Counted from the first letter of the stretch, positions 1 to 9,279 are shown. The stretch is DNA of 32,000 nt from Thermoproteus tenax Kra 1 (GCF_000253055.1 NC_016070.1:1410001-1442000); one strand, 5' to 3'. Program-made: numbers and translations. Notes: a model not told the origin generated them from the letters alone.

Positions 1-182
1 GAGAGTGCGATTGTCGGGAGTCAACTTTCTATCATTTCGGATATCTGATGATAGGGGCGCCGAAAGTTGGATGAGGCGTTTTATGTTGATATAAATCGTT
101 TATCCCTCTAATTAAGTCATGGACCCAGAGGCTATATATATCCTCGACACTCTTGACGACATAAGTCAAGAGGAAATGTGCA

Positions 183-779
183 ATGGCGTCTCAGCTACGG
201 CAAGGCCCGCCGCTAGCCATGCAGATCTTTAGGCCGTATATAGACTGGAGCAGAAGCGCCGGCGTATTGGACGACAAAAGGCTAGGAAAGCAGAGAGTGG
301 AGGCTAAACAAGTCATACTGGCTATATTGAGGAGGCTGGGGGTATTGCAGGACGGAAGGAGGGGATGGCTGAATCACCCAATCGTTCTGTTGTATTACAA
401 TAGAGGCATACCATACATAGAAGACTTAATAGGCTTCTTCCACGCAACCGTTGAGGAGTGGGTTCGTAGAGGACACCAGAACAACATCTCTCTCGATGAT
501 ATAGAGTCCTTGCTCTCTAGAGTCCCTAGGGCCAAGGGCACGCCTATCACTCACGTCCACGAGGTAGAGTATAGAAGAGTGCTTCTGCTCAAGGATCCCT
601 GCCATTACTTAAGGAAGTTCAGCAAAGAGGAGGTAGAGGAGGTGGTCGAGAGCGAGCCGGTCCCCCTCAAGGGGATAAACACTTGGATATTCGACGTCTA
701 CGAACAATATGGGGAGTTCGTGCGGAGGCTCAAGTCGGGCGACATCGATTGTAGACCTATTTTCCCAAGGAGGATTTAA
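183..779 (+). CDS. Pyrimidine-dimer DNA glycosylase-like protein (Pyr_excise-type), tentative
   Basis: 198-aa ORF. The run LDDKRLGKQRVEAKQV...GWLNHP...EEWVRRGHQNNISLD follows the layout I recall for the short pyrimidine dimer glycosylase family (L..L..EhrE....L....G...HP....m.RG..H.SPLD). The true start may be the internal Met at 219 (MQIFRPY). GAGG lies at 171-174 and a TATA-like run at about 131-143. Confidence 0.45.
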   Translation: MASQLRQGPPLAMQIFRPYIDWSRSAGVLDDKRLGKQRVEAKQVILAILRRLGVLQDGRRGWLNHPIVLLYYNRGIPYIEDLIGFFHATVEEWVRRGHQNNISLDDIESLLSRVPRAKGTPITHVHEVEYRRVLLLKDPCHYLRKFSKEEVEEVVESEPVPLKGINTWIFDVYEQYGEFVRRLKSGDIDCRPIFPRRI

Positions 780-1273
780 CGGCGCAGACGTAACCTTAAG
801 AAGCATTTGTCGCAGAAGCCCGGCCCCTTCAAGTCTGTATCATGAACCGTGTTGCTGAAGTACATAACGCACCGCGGATCCCCGCAGTGGCCTAAGCCGA
901 ACGTGTGGCCTAGCTCATGGATTATCTCTTTGGCGATCCTCTCGTAGAACAGCTCTCGCTCAGCCGCAAGTCTCTCTGTGAAGACTACGGCTATATTGCC
1001 TTGAGCTACACCAAAGACGAAGTTAAGACCAGGGACGTATCCGTCGCCTACAACAACATAGACTGCTCTGTCGCGCCCTCTGGGTCTCGGCAACAGAGAC
1101 AGCGCCTTGTCGGCCCTAATCTGTCCCCTTCGTGCATCAAACGACCGTGCCTTGACCTCGGACAGATCCGCCTTCTTCAGCTCGACGCCGACGAGACCTC
1201 TAAAGGCCGAGGACACTGTGTCAATGACGTAGTTGGGCAGGTCGAGCTCCGCGACTATGAGGACAGAAGCCAT
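776..1273 (-). CDS. amzA: Archaemetzincin (zinc metallopeptidase)
   Basis: Carries the signature HELGHTFGLGHCGDPRCVMYFSN...CDKC (HExxHxxGxxHCxxxxCxM...CxxC). The longest ORF runs to 1306, but the Met at 1273 (MASVLIV) sits 24 nt from a TATA-like CATAAAAAG and removes the overlap with the divergent gene. Confidence 0.88.
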   Translation of the reverse strand: MASVLIVAELDLPNYVIDTVSSAFRGLVGVELKKADLSEVKARSFDARRGQIRADKALSLLPRPRGRDRAVYVVVGDGYVPGLNFVFGVAQGNIAVVFTERLAAERELFYERIAKEIIHELGHTFGLGHCGDPRCVMYFSNTVHDTDLKGPGFCDKCFLRLRLRR

Positions 1274-1298
1274 ATCTATTTGTTCTTGAGAACTTTTT

Positions 1299-1994
1299 AT
1301 GAACAAAGTTATTGAGGCGCTGAGGCGAGGCGCCGTGATAGGCCACAGAGGCTATCCTCTGAGACGGCGGGAGAACACTCTGGCCTCATTCGCCGCAGCT
1401 ATCGAGGCAGGCGCCGATATTGTCGAGATGGACGTCCGGTCCACAAAGGATGGAGTAGTCGTGGTCTCCCACGACGACAAGATAGCTGTGGCGGGCGGGT
1501 ACGTCGACATTAGGGAGTCGAGGTGGCTCGACATATCTACAATTAAAGTGGGCGGTGAGCCCATCCCCCGCCTCGAGGATGCGCTCTCGTTAATAGACGG
1601 AAAAGTCGGCGTGTTTATCGAAATAAAGGATCCTGCGGACGCCCCGCTGGTCGCCGAATTAGTGAAGGGTATGTCCGCTGAGAATTGGGTTGCCGTGATA
1701 AGTTTTCACGAAGAGGCGCTGATGAAAACTAGAGGACTCGCGCCATTGGGTCTCATTTACGCCCGTCCGCCCGGCAAGATAGAGACGGCTAGACGGCTCA
1801 GTTGTGACATAGTCCTGCCCAACTTCCGGTTGGCCACGGCGAAGGCCATAGCCTTTGCCCATAGACTCGGCTTGTTGGTGGCCGCTTGGACGGTCAACGA
1901 CTACGATGTTATGAGAATGCTCTGGGCCAGAGGAGTTGACGGAATCGCCAGCGATGACGTAGAGTTGGCCGTTAAATCAAGAAAAAGTATTTAG
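1299..1994 (+). CDS. Glycerophosphodiester phosphodiesterase family protein
   Basis: Contains HRGYP..RENTLASFAAAIEAGADIVEMDVRSTKDGVVVVSHDD, the typical GDPD N-terminal catalytic motif. Length is 231 aa. Confidence 0.85.
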   Translation: MNKVIEALRRGAVIGHRGYPLRRRENTLASFAAAIEAGADIVEMDVRSTKDGVVVVSHDDKIAVAGGYVDIRESRWLDISTIKVGGEPIPRLEDALSLIDGKVGVFIEIKDPADAPLVAELVKGMSAENWVAVISFHEEALMKTRGLAPLGLIYARPPGKIETARRLSCDIVLPNFRLATAKAIAFAHRLGLLVAAWTVNDYDVMRMLWARGVDGIASDDVELAVKSRKSI

Positions 1995-2431
1995 TTATTC
2001 TTTAAAAACTTTAATAATGATATACTATCAGAATAACATTTTGCCATATTAAGGATATCTTCATAACGTTTGAGTGCATCCTCTAATTCCAATACCAAAT
2101 CGGCGTCGCCAGGCGGATCTGGCCCTATATGCACTTTGAAGCCCAACTTGCTATCTCTAAAGCCTTCTACTATCACTATATCGAAGTCCAACCTATCTAG
2201 AACTAAATATCTAGAGAAGGATGCCCACATGCCTCCGCCTCTGAGCAAGACCAGATCTGCGCCGGCCGACTGCATTCTATAGCTGTCCTTCTCGGGCAAG
2301 TCAGGTGAGTGGTGGCTCTGTTTTATCGCTAGAACTCTGAGGTTGCGCGACTTAGCCAACGAGATTAACTTCTCAGCTAATACCGTCTTACCTACGTCCT
2401 TCCTCCCGGTTATTTGAATTACACAGACCAC
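1991..2431 (-). CDS. mobB: Molybdopterin-guanine dinucleotide biosynthesis adapter protein MobB
   Basis: Has a P-loop-like GRKDVGKT followed by LAIKQSHH...EKDSYRMQSAGAD, the MobB pattern. It lies 12 nt downstream of moeA on the same strand. Confidence 0.82.
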   Translation of the reverse strand: MVCVIQITGRKDVGKTVLAEKLISLAKSRNLRVLAIKQSHHSPDLPEKDSYRMQSAGADLVLLRGGGMWASFSRYLVLDRLDFDIVIVEGFRDSKLGFKVHIGPDPPGDADLVLELEDALKRYEDILNMAKCYSDSISLLKFLKNN

Positions 2432-2443
2432 ACTGTCAAGGGG

Positions 2444-3676
2444 TCACGGGAACCATCTGCCTATATCTCTCAGATCTCTATAGAGCAACATAAGCACTCT
2501 ATCGCCCCTCTTGGCTCCGCCTGGAGGCACCAGAAGGACTCCTGAGGACTCGGGATCGGTGAACGTATGATGTTTGACCTTTAGGGGCGTGGCTAGGATC
2601 TCGCCGTCTCTGAACTCGACCTTCGCTCTTATAAACTGGGCGAACTCGCCCACTACGTCAGAGGTGAGCGTGGCATATACCCAAGAGCTGGCGGGCCCTC
2701 CCACTACGTTGGCCATCTTGCGCATGACTGGCTCAACTATTCTTATCACGCCGTGGAGAGCGCTGATGGGATATCCCGAGAGGCCGAATATGGGCTTGCC
2801 GTTAACCACGGCAATGGAGGTGGGGCGGCCCGGCTTCATTCGGAATCCTCTCAAGCCAGTTATGCCCAACTTGTAGAAGTGGTCTATCTCGCTGGGGCCC
2901 GCGCCGCCAGTTATTATCACCGCATCCACTTGCGGCAACGTCTCCTCTATGTTCTTCCTTAAGACCTCAGTGTCGTCGCCTAATACCCTCCTCTGCGCCA
3001 ACTCCACATACGGCATAAAAGCTCTGATGTACCACTCGACAAGAGACCCAGTGGACTCTATAACCTTACCCCTTAATACAAGCTCGGCGGCTTCATCAGG
3101 ATCTATGGGCGGCGTGATGAGCTCATCCCCCGTAGAGAAGATGGCGATTTTGGGTCTCCTAAATACCTTAACTCTTGTTATGCCCACGTCGAGTAGACCT
3201 ACGACGTCAAACACCGATATCACGTAGCCCCTCCTCAACAGTGTGTCGCCCTTCTTTGCGTAGGAGCCAGGTGGATCCACATTATCGTATGGATTGTACT
3301 TCCTCTCTACCACAACTCTGTCCCCCTCCCTTTTGACGGCCTCCTCGGGCACTACGGCGTCTGCACCTTCGGGCAGAAACGCTCCCACTGTCACATAGAA
3401 AGTCTCTCCGTTATTGACCCTCACGTCTCTGTACTGTCCAACTAGTATCGAGCCAACTACTCTGAATACGCCCGGCGTCTCTGAAGAATTGACCGCGTAA
3501 CCGTCGTAAGCCGCCCTAGGCCTAGGAGGATAGTCGTGTGGCATTATCACGTCTCTGGCGGCAACGAATCCCACCGACTCCCACGTAGGGAGCGAATAGG
3601 TCTCCTCAATAGGCCTTATCTGGGCCAATATATCGGTTATTTTAGACAGAGGCGATAGCCTCTCTAAATAACGCAT
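2444..3676 (-). CDS. moeA: Molybdopterin molybdenumtransferase MoeA
   Basis: 410 aa. STGDELI and IITGGAGPSEIDH motifs and overall MoeA domain order. A TATA-like TAAATATTTTAAC is centred about 26 nt upstream of the ATG. Confidence 0.85.
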   Translation of the reverse strand: MRYLERLSPLSKITDILAQIRPIEETYSLPTWESVGFVAARDVIMPHDYPPRPRAAYDGYAVNSSETPGVFRVVGSILVGQYRDVRVNNGETFYVTVGAFLPEGADAVVPEEAVKREGDRVVVERKYNPYDNVDPPGSYAKKGDTLLRRGYVISVFDVVGLLDVGITRVKVFRRPKIAIFSTGDELITPPIDPDEAAELVLRGKVIESTGSLVEWYIRAFMPYVELAQRRVLGDDTEVLRKNIEETLPQVDAVIITGGAGPSEIDHFYKLGITGLRGFRMKPGRPTSIAVVNGKPIFGLSGYPISALHGVIRIVEPVMRKMANVVGGPASSWVYATLTSDVVGEFAQFIRAKVEFRDGEILATPLKVKHHTFTDPESSGVLLVPPGGAKRGDRVLMLLYRDLRDIGRWFP

Positions 3677-3705
3677 ACATTCCAGCCGTTTAGTTGTTAA
3701 AATAT

Positions 3706-4413
3706 TTATACGCGTCTGGCTATGACCATTGCGTGCGCCACGTCGTAGGGCTCTAAATGCACTATGTCCAATACGTCGAAGCCGCGCTCCTTCAAGGCGT
3801 TTATCTCTTGCTTAAAGGTTTCTGAGGGCTCTCTAGTTACATCTATGCTCATGGCCTTTATTACCAACATGACGTGGCCCCCCTTCCTCAAGAAATAGTC
3901 GGCGTTGTCGGCCAGTATCTTAGCTTGAGCAGGTTGCGCTATATCGATGTACGCTATATCAACCCCCTTTATATACTGGGCGTATTGGTAGGGAAATCGC
4001 GCATCGCCGAGTATGGGCACTACGTTCCTCCTCCCTTGATCCACCAACTTCTCCATGAACTCTCGGAAGACTCTTGGAGAGAATTCCACTGAGTATATCA
4101 AGCCTTTATCGCCCACTATATCGCTGACGTGGCTCGGCGTTGTGCCCGACGCAGCACCCAGATAGAGCACGTGGCTTCCCTCGCCTATAGGCATTACCTT
4201 GAGCCCGTTGAGAATAGCGGCGGCTAGCTTCGACCTATAGGGGTTCCACTCCCTATATTCAACGTCTTGCCATTTAACTAATCTTTCGCCGTAGACCCTT
4301 TTGCCTGGAGTGAGGTTCCTTGTGGCCAACCTCTCTGTGCCGTCCTCGAACTTTATCACGTAGACTCCAACGAATTTGTCGTGAGGTCTCACCTCGACAA
4401 CCGAAATCGACAT
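3706..4413 (-). CDS. flpA: Fibrillarin-like rRNA/tRNA 2'-O-methyltransferase
   Basis: Contains [38 protein letters not shown] and DIAQPAQA. It lies 22 nt downstream of nop5 in the canonical operon. Confidence 0.95.
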   Translation of the reverse strand: MSISVVEVRPHDKFVGVYVIKFEDGTERLATRNLTPGKRVYGERLVKWQDVEYREWNPYRSKLAAAILNGLKVMPIGEGSHVLYLGAASGTTPSHVSDIVGDKGLIYSVEFSPRVFREFMEKLVDQGRRNVVPILGDARFPYQYAQYIKGVDIAYIDIAQPAQAKILADNADYFLRKGGHVMLVIKAMSIDVTREPSETFKQEINALKERGFDVLDIVHLEPYDVAHAMVIARRV

Positions 4414-4435
4414 GCCCTAATATGACATCGTCTTT

Positions 4436-5692
4436 TTATTCTTTCTTGCTCGGCTTCTTAAGCGACGGCTTCTTAGGCGGCGGGCCCTGCCTCCTCTCAG
4501 GCTGTCTCTGCGCAGGTTTAGGTTGCGGCGCTCTGGGCGGAGGTTTGGCATAAAGCGTCTTGACTTCTTGTATGCGGGCCAATAGATCCTCCTTCAGTTT
4601 CGCCGCTATGAAGTTCCCAGTGAACGCATCTGCCTTAGCCGCTATGGCCAACTTAGCCGCCAACGCCCTCGCTATCTTGCCCCTCTGCCAACGCGGCGCT
4701 CTGAATATCTCAGGATACTGGAATATGACTCCATGCTTCGGCGGCTTGCCGCCCGTCCGCAGAGCTCTGAAGAGGGCCTTCTCAGCGCCCAGGACCTGTA
4801 TCGTTGATGCCGGGAGCATGGCTAACCTCATTAAGCCGCCGGCTAACTTTATCAGCCTGGCGCCCAACAGAGGACCCACTAACTCTCTCACGTTCGGAGC
4901 AACGTCCTTCATAGCCTCGTCGATATACTCAGACAGCTTGTTCCTATATTCATCTAATCTTAAGTATATATCAGCGTATGCCTTTATTTGGTCTAGGTCC
5001 CAGTCGGACATATCGGCGCCTATGCTCTTCTTTGCAGCCTCAACTATCCTCTTTATCCTCTCCTCGGGCGCGCCCTTAAGGACTGACGCCACAGACTCTA
5101 GGGTATACCTCGATCTATGGCCTATGTCTCTCACCAAGGCCACGTACTCCTTGTTATCTCTGACGAGTTCCTCCAACTCAGGGAAATGAATGCCGTACCA
5201 CTCCCTTATGCGTGACGCTATTAGGTTCAAGGTCTTGTCTATGTCGTCCACTGTGCTTATGGACTGTGCTATGAAGAGGTCGCGCTTCTCTACAGCTTGT
5301 CTCAGCTTCCTCCTAGTGATTATATCTGACACCTCCAAGAGGAGGCTCTGGTACTCCTCTTTAGATATGCCGAGCTTGGGTAAGTAATCTTCCCAGAACC
5401 TCCTTCTGAACTCTACCAGGATGGGATCCGGCGACTCGCTCGCGATCTCTACGTTCTGGATCGTGGAGGAGACTCTGCGCGCCAGCTCGGGATCCTCTAA
5501 CACTACCTTGCGGCCCTTGAGCCTCTCCAAAAGCTCCAGGAGCTCTTTTATCGGCGTTGACTTCTCGAGCTCTATTAGTCTGTCCGCTATCTCCTCAGGT
5601 TTCCTATCAAATAAGACTTTGTCGATCAAGTTCCCTTGATCGTCAAGAGCGAGTATGCCAACCACGTCCGTCGCGATGTGTATTGCCATCAT
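4436..5692 (-). CDS. nop5: C/D box sRNP core protein Nop5 (Nop56/58 homolog) with a Pro/Lys-rich C-terminal tail
   Basis: The Nop domain is present (AEKALFRALRTGGKPPKHGVIFQ). The start is placed at the ATGATG at 5692/5689 (MMAIHIATDVVG), not the GTG at 5707, because TTTAAAAT at 5709-5716 is too close to 5707. Confidence 0.93.
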   Translation of the reverse strand: MMAIHIATDVVGILALDDQGNLIDKVLFDRKPEEIADRLIELEKSTPIKELLELLERLKGRKVVLEDPELARRVSSTIQNVEIASESPDPILVEFRRRFWEDYLPKLGISKEEYQSLLLEVSDIITRRKLRQAVEKRDLFIAQSISTVDDIDKTLNLIASRIREWYGIHFPELEELVRDNKEYVALVRDIGHRSRYTLESVASVLKGAPEERIKRIVEAAKKSIGADMSDWDLDQIKAYADIYLRLDEYRNKLSEYIDEAMKDVAPNVRELVGPLLGARLIKLAGGLMRLAMLPASTIQVLGAEKALFRALRTGGKPPKHGVIFQYPEIFRAPRWQRGKIARALAAKLAIAAKADAFTGNFIAAKLKEDLLARIQEVKTLYAKPPPRAPQPKPAQRQPERRQGPPPKKPSLKKPSKKE

Positions 5693-5718
5693 CGTCAATT
5701 CTTCCACAATTTTAAACC

Positions 5719-5882
5719 TTTGCGGTCTCGGCGGTCGTCTAGCTCTTAGGCCTGCAAAATTCTAGGACACGAGCCGCTGTCCTGGCCCGGCAGAGCGCGC
5801 CCGATGGCCCGGACCCCGTTGCTCTGCGCGACTAGGGCGGACCCGGGCTTCTCCGGGTAGGGCCAACGGCGCGAGGGGCTGG
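5719..5882. other. GC-rich structured orphan segment, possible unclassified ncRNA
   Basis: Hand count gives 84/110 G+C (76%) for 5771-5880. Interrupted hairpin: 5722-5729/5771-5777 plus 5734-5742/5762-5768. Second stem: 5790-5796/5821-5827. Third hairpin: 5841-5858 (ACCCGG-GCTTCT-CCGGGT). Direct repeat TGGCCCGG at 5783-5790 and 5805-5812. There is no plausible ORF. Confidence 0.3.
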
Positions 5883-7715
5883 CTATTGCGTAAGCTCGTT
5901 AAGGGCCCTTTGTACGTCTGACACATCCACTCTGCCTCTGTAACGCCGCATCGCCTCTTTAACGACATTGTCGCGGCCTACCTCTTTAACCAACCTCTCA
6001 ACAATCTCTTTCACTTCAGCATAGCTCATTCTAATGAGCCCCAACCTCTTGGCTACATCAAATGCGCTCTCGTTCTCCTTCATATTCCTAAGTATCTCCT
6101 CGACGGCCTCCTTAGTTATAAGGCCTCTGTTTAACGCGTCGAGAACAGACTCGATCTTCTCAGGAACTATGTCGACGCCTTCTCTGCTCAGAGCCTTTGC
6201 CGTATTGAGCAGAAACGATGCTATCTGTATAGGCGGAACTTTCGAGTATTTCGCAACCCATTCATTGAAGTAGTCAAGCCAAGGAGATTTCACTATTCTG
6301 ACCGCCATATCCTTGTTTATGCCTAGAGCCATCATCCTCTCAATCTCGTCCTCCAACCTCCTGGAGGCTATCTCCTCAGCCCTTCTCAGGATCTCAAAGG
6401 TTATCTTCACCGGCGGAAGATCGGTCTCCGGATACATCCTCGCAGCGCCCGGCCTGGGCCTCATGAACTTAGTGGTTCCATCGGGATTGGCCGCCCTAGT
6501 TTCCTCAGGCACACCCTCAAAGGCTTGTCTCAACCTCCTCACGACGACATCTACAGCGTCTTCGACCTCCTTGGGCTCTGCGCCCGACAGAAGAATGAAT
6601 GACGACACGCCCAACTTCTGCTCAACCGCCCGGACCTCATCGGCGGATATGCCATACCCCGGCAGCTCGTCAGAGTGTATGAGTCCGCCTAACTCGGTCC
6701 ATGCTCTCACGTAGTCTGCAAGCTCTGTCCCGAACCTTCTGCCCGGTTGTACCTCTAGCCCTAATAGTTTTTGGAAGCCCGGCGCCTTTACTGCATATAC
6801 AACGCCCCCGGCCTCCAACGTCCTCCGCACTATCTTGGACGATGTGTTTCTGAAGATGTCAGTCACATCGACATAGCCGCCCTCAGGTTGAGGCGCTCCT
6901 CTGTTCCTCAGCTCGTCTTTTATCTTCAACAGGTTGAGCTGGCGTTCTACCTCGTACTCTATGACCTTGGGTATCAAGTCAAGGCGGGGAACCCCCTTTA
7001 TCTCCGTCTTGGCGCCGCCCGCTATCGACACATTGACGTCTTGACGGACTGTGCCTAAGCCTCTCTTTGCCTTACCCGTTACCTTCACGCTGTACCCTAT
7101 TATCCATGCGACCTCCTCTACTTGTTGAGGCTCGTATGTCATAGGCGATGTAGAGATCTCGATGAGGGGAATGCCCAGTCTGTCCAGGCGGTAGTACACA
7201 GTCTTACCTTCCTCCTTTATCTTCCTTGCGGCGTCCTCCTCCAATGCTATAGTGTCCACGCCTATTGTATATCCCAAGATCTTCGTCAGCCCGTCGTGGG
7301 CTATCAACATAGTCCTCTGAAAACCAGACGTGTTGGAGCCGTCCACCACTATCTTCCTCATTACATATATCTCGTCAAAGAGCTTCGCGTTGAATATCTT
7401 AGCGGCAGCGACAGCGATTGTCAGAGCCTCCTCGTCGGGGAGATGGGGCGGCTCCTCGTCGAGCTCCACGAGGCATGTCGTGTCTCTATAGCCCTCATAG
7501 ACGAAGCTACGCCGCTTTTTCACCTCCCACACTGCCGCTGGATCGACCGAGCCCAACTCGCTCAACGCTACGTATAATCTACGGGCTACTCTGAAATGGG
7601 GCTCGTCCTCGCGGAGCACGGGCGGACACTCGCAGAAGAGCTTTCTCTTGGTGTTAAGCTGTATGTGAATCTCCAGGCCGGTCTTGAGCCCAAGCGATCT
7701 CGGAACCAGCTTCAC
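5883..7715 (-). CDS. gatE: Glutamyl-tRNA(Gln) amidotransferase subunit E
   Basis: 610 aa. The N-terminus GLKTGLEIHIQLNT.RKLFC.CP is typical of GatE, and the archaea-specific length fits. A TATA-like ATTAATTAAAG is centred about 26 nt upstream of the ATG. Confidence 0.95.
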   Translation of the reverse strand: MKLVPRSLGLKTGLEIHIQLNTKRKLFCECPPVLREDEPHFRVARRLYVALSELGSVDPAAVWEVKKRRSFVYEGYRDTTCLVELDEEPPHLPDEEALTIAVAAAKIFNAKLFDEIYVMRKIVVDGSNTSGFQRTMLIAHDGLTKILGYTIGVDTIALEEDAARKIKEEGKTVYYRLDRLGIPLIEISTSPMTYEPQQVEEVAWIIGYSVKVTGKAKRGLGTVRQDVNVSIAGGAKTEIKGVPRLDLIPKVIEYEVERQLNLLKIKDELRNRGAPQPEGGYVDVTDIFRNTSSKIVRRTLEAGGVVYAVKAPGFQKLLGLEVQPGRRFGTELADYVRAWTELGGLIHSDELPGYGISADEVRAVEQKLGVSSFILLSGAEPKEVEDAVDVVVRRLRQAFEGVPEETRAANPDGTTKFMRPRPGAARMYPETDLPPVKITFEILRRAEEIASRRLEDEIERMMALGINKDMAVRIVKSPWLDYFNEWVAKYSKVPPIQIASFLLNTAKALSREGVDIVPEKIESVLDALNRGLITKEAVEEILRNMKENESAFDVAKRLGLIRMSYAEVKEIVERLVKEVGRDNVVKEAMRRYRGRVDVSDVQRALNELTQ

Positions 7716-7750
7716 GTAAGATTAAAGCTATCGGCCTTTAATTAATGTGT

Positions 7751-8440
7751 ATGCGGCGGAGGCGGCTTGGCCAACATTTCCTCAGAGACCCGGCCATAGC
7801 CGAGTATATCGCCGGCCTAGTGCCCCAGGGCTCCGTCGTGTTGGAGGTAGGGCCCGGCACAGGGACCTTGACCCTCGCACTAGCTAAAAGGGCCTCTAAA
7901 GTGATCGCTATAGAGATAGATAGAGCTTTGGCGGCCTACCTCTCAGCTAGAGTCCCCCCCAACGTTGAGGTCCTAATCGGCGATGCCCTAGCTATCGACT
8001 GGCCCAAGGCCGATTTCTTTGCATCGAATATACCTTACTCTATCTCGTCTCCTCTGTTGTTGAAACTCTCCTCAGTCCATCTACCTGCAGTTGTTATGCT
8101 ACAGCGCGAGGTTGCCGAGAGAATCTCGGCGCCGCCGGGCTCGGATGCCTACGGCAGATTGACTCTGGCGGTACGTTGTAATTACGATGTAGAGGTCTTA
8201 AGAGTGGTGCCGCCTTGGGTCTTCTCGCCGCCCCCTAGAGTCTACTCGGCGATAGTCAGACTGACTCCCCACACACCTTGCGTCGACGATTTTAAATCCT
8301 TTGAGAAGTTTACGTCTATGCTGTTCTCTCAAAGGAGGAAAATCGCCAGAAAAGTCTGCGATAAGGCGCCTAGGGGGAAAAGAGTGTATGAACTGTCCTT
8401 GGAGGAGGTGGTCGATTTGTTTAGACAATGCCGATATTGA
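7751..8440 (+). CDS. ksgA: 16S rRNA (adenine1518/1519-N6)-dimethyltransferase KsgA/Dim1
   Basis: Contains RLGQHFLRDP and VLEVGPGTGTLT (SAM site). The start is set at the second ATG (7751), which is 26 nt from a TATA-like GATTAAAGC. The longest ORF begins at 7745. Confidence 0.9.
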   Translation: MRRRRLGQHFLRDPAIAEYIAGLVPQGSVVLEVGPGTGTLTLALAKRASKVIAIEIDRALAAYLSARVPPNVEVLIGDALAIDWPKADFFASNIPYSISSPLLLKLSSVHLPAVVMLQREVAERISAPPGSDAYGRLTLAVRCNYDVEVLRVVPPWVFSPPPRVYSAIVRLTPHTPCVDDFKSFEKFTSMLFSQRRKIARKVCDKAPRGKRVYELSLEEVVDLFRQCRY

Positions 8441-9279
8441 AACTGCTCTTTCTAGGCACCGGCGGAGCTGTGCCGAGGATCGACAGAAGGATGCCCGCTG
8501 TATATCTCGAGGATTGGGAGGGGCACAGAATTCTCCTAGACGCAGGTGAGGGCGCTCAGTACTCGCTACTCGAGAACGGCATATCTCCGGCGTCGTTGGA
8601 CTTTGTCGCTGTGACCCACGAGCATGAAGACCACATACTGGGGCTCCCTGGGCTTTTAAGCACGGCTAAGATGATGGGAAAAGAGATAACAGTATTGGCT
8701 CCCCGGCGCCTCTCTTCGTATTTGTCCAAGTCGGGCGTCCGCGTAGCCTCGGAGATAGCCGACAGACGTCTCAAGATCTCATGTATCGAGATGTGCCACA
8801 CCACTGAGACGTGCGGCTGGCTGTTGGAATGGGACGTCGGCTTTAAACTAGACTTATCTAAAGTGACCGGGTTCCCCAAACAAGCTTTGACCAAGCTGAT
8901 AAAAGGTGAACCCGTCGAAGTGAATGGAAGACTCATATTGCCCGAAGAGGTCGCAGATCCAGGCCACAGAAGGTTCAGAAGGTTGCTCTACACAGGCGAT
9001 ACAGCCCCTTGCCCGAGGGCGTGGAGCTCAGTGGGCTGGGTAGATGTATTGATACATGAGGCGACGTTCGCCGACGATGTAGAGCCCGCGAGGGCCCACG
9101 AGGAAGGACACTCGACGGTAAACGATGCCGTAGAGGCCGCACGCGCACTCAATGCATCTATACTTATCTTGACTCACATAAGCGCCAGATACGACGACCT
9201 AGAGAAACATAGGAGGGCCGCCAGCTATAACTTCGTGGTGATACCCGAGGATGGAGATTGGGTCTTCGTGAGGTTCTGA
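8428..9279 (+). CDS. rnz: Ribonuclease Z (tRNA 3' endonuclease, metallo-beta-lactamase fold)
   Basis: Contains LFLGTGGAVP and the HEHEDH (HxHxDH) motif, with a C-terminal THISARY. It overlaps the ksgA stop by 13 nt, implying coupling. Confidence 0.85.
   Translation: MPILKLLFLGTGGAVPRIDRRMPAVYLEDWEGHRILLDAGEGAQYSLLENGISPASLDFVAVTHEHEDHILGLPGLLSTAKMMGKEITVLAPRRLSSYLSKSGVRVASEIADRRLKISCIEMCHTTETCGWLLEWDVGFKLDLSKVTGFPKQALTKLIKGEPVEVNGRLILPEEVADPGHRRFRRLLYTGDTAPCPRAWSSVGWVDVLIHEATFADDVEPARAHEEGHSTVNDAVEAARALNASILILTHISARYDDLEKHRRAASYNFVVIPEDGDWVFVRF

Noticed and set aside
1-48. Possible 3' end of a plus-strand CDS at the left window edge (frame ending TGA at 46-48)
   Set aside because: Only 15 codons are visible, with no recognisable motif, so it cannot be supported.
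45-89. C/D-like boxes CUGAUGA ... GGAUGA at the left edge
   Set aside because: There is no CUGA D box at the required distance (only UUGA), and the D' is not recognisable. The architecture is incomplete.
4560-5189. 209-aa ORF antisense to nop5
   Set aside because: It lies entirely within and opposite a strongly supported gene. Its Ser/Ala/Leu-rich low-complexity composition is typical of a shadow ORF.
5719-5882. Assignment of the GC-rich spacer, or the 30818-31140 segment, to RNase P RNA, SRP RNA, 5S rRNA or a (split) tRNA
   Set aside because: Only short CR-I/CR-V-like strings are present. I could not form P1/P2/P4 consistently. There is no GNAR helix-8/AGCA SRP motif, no T-loop (GTTCRAATC) and no 5S loop motifs. 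I therefore left them unclassified rather than naming them.
5762-5968. 68-aa minus-strand ORF spanning the GC-rich spacer and the gatE 3' end
   Set aside because: It overlaps the gatE coding end in another frame and has an Arg/Pro/Gly-rich composition. The spacer is better explained as structured RNA or DNA.
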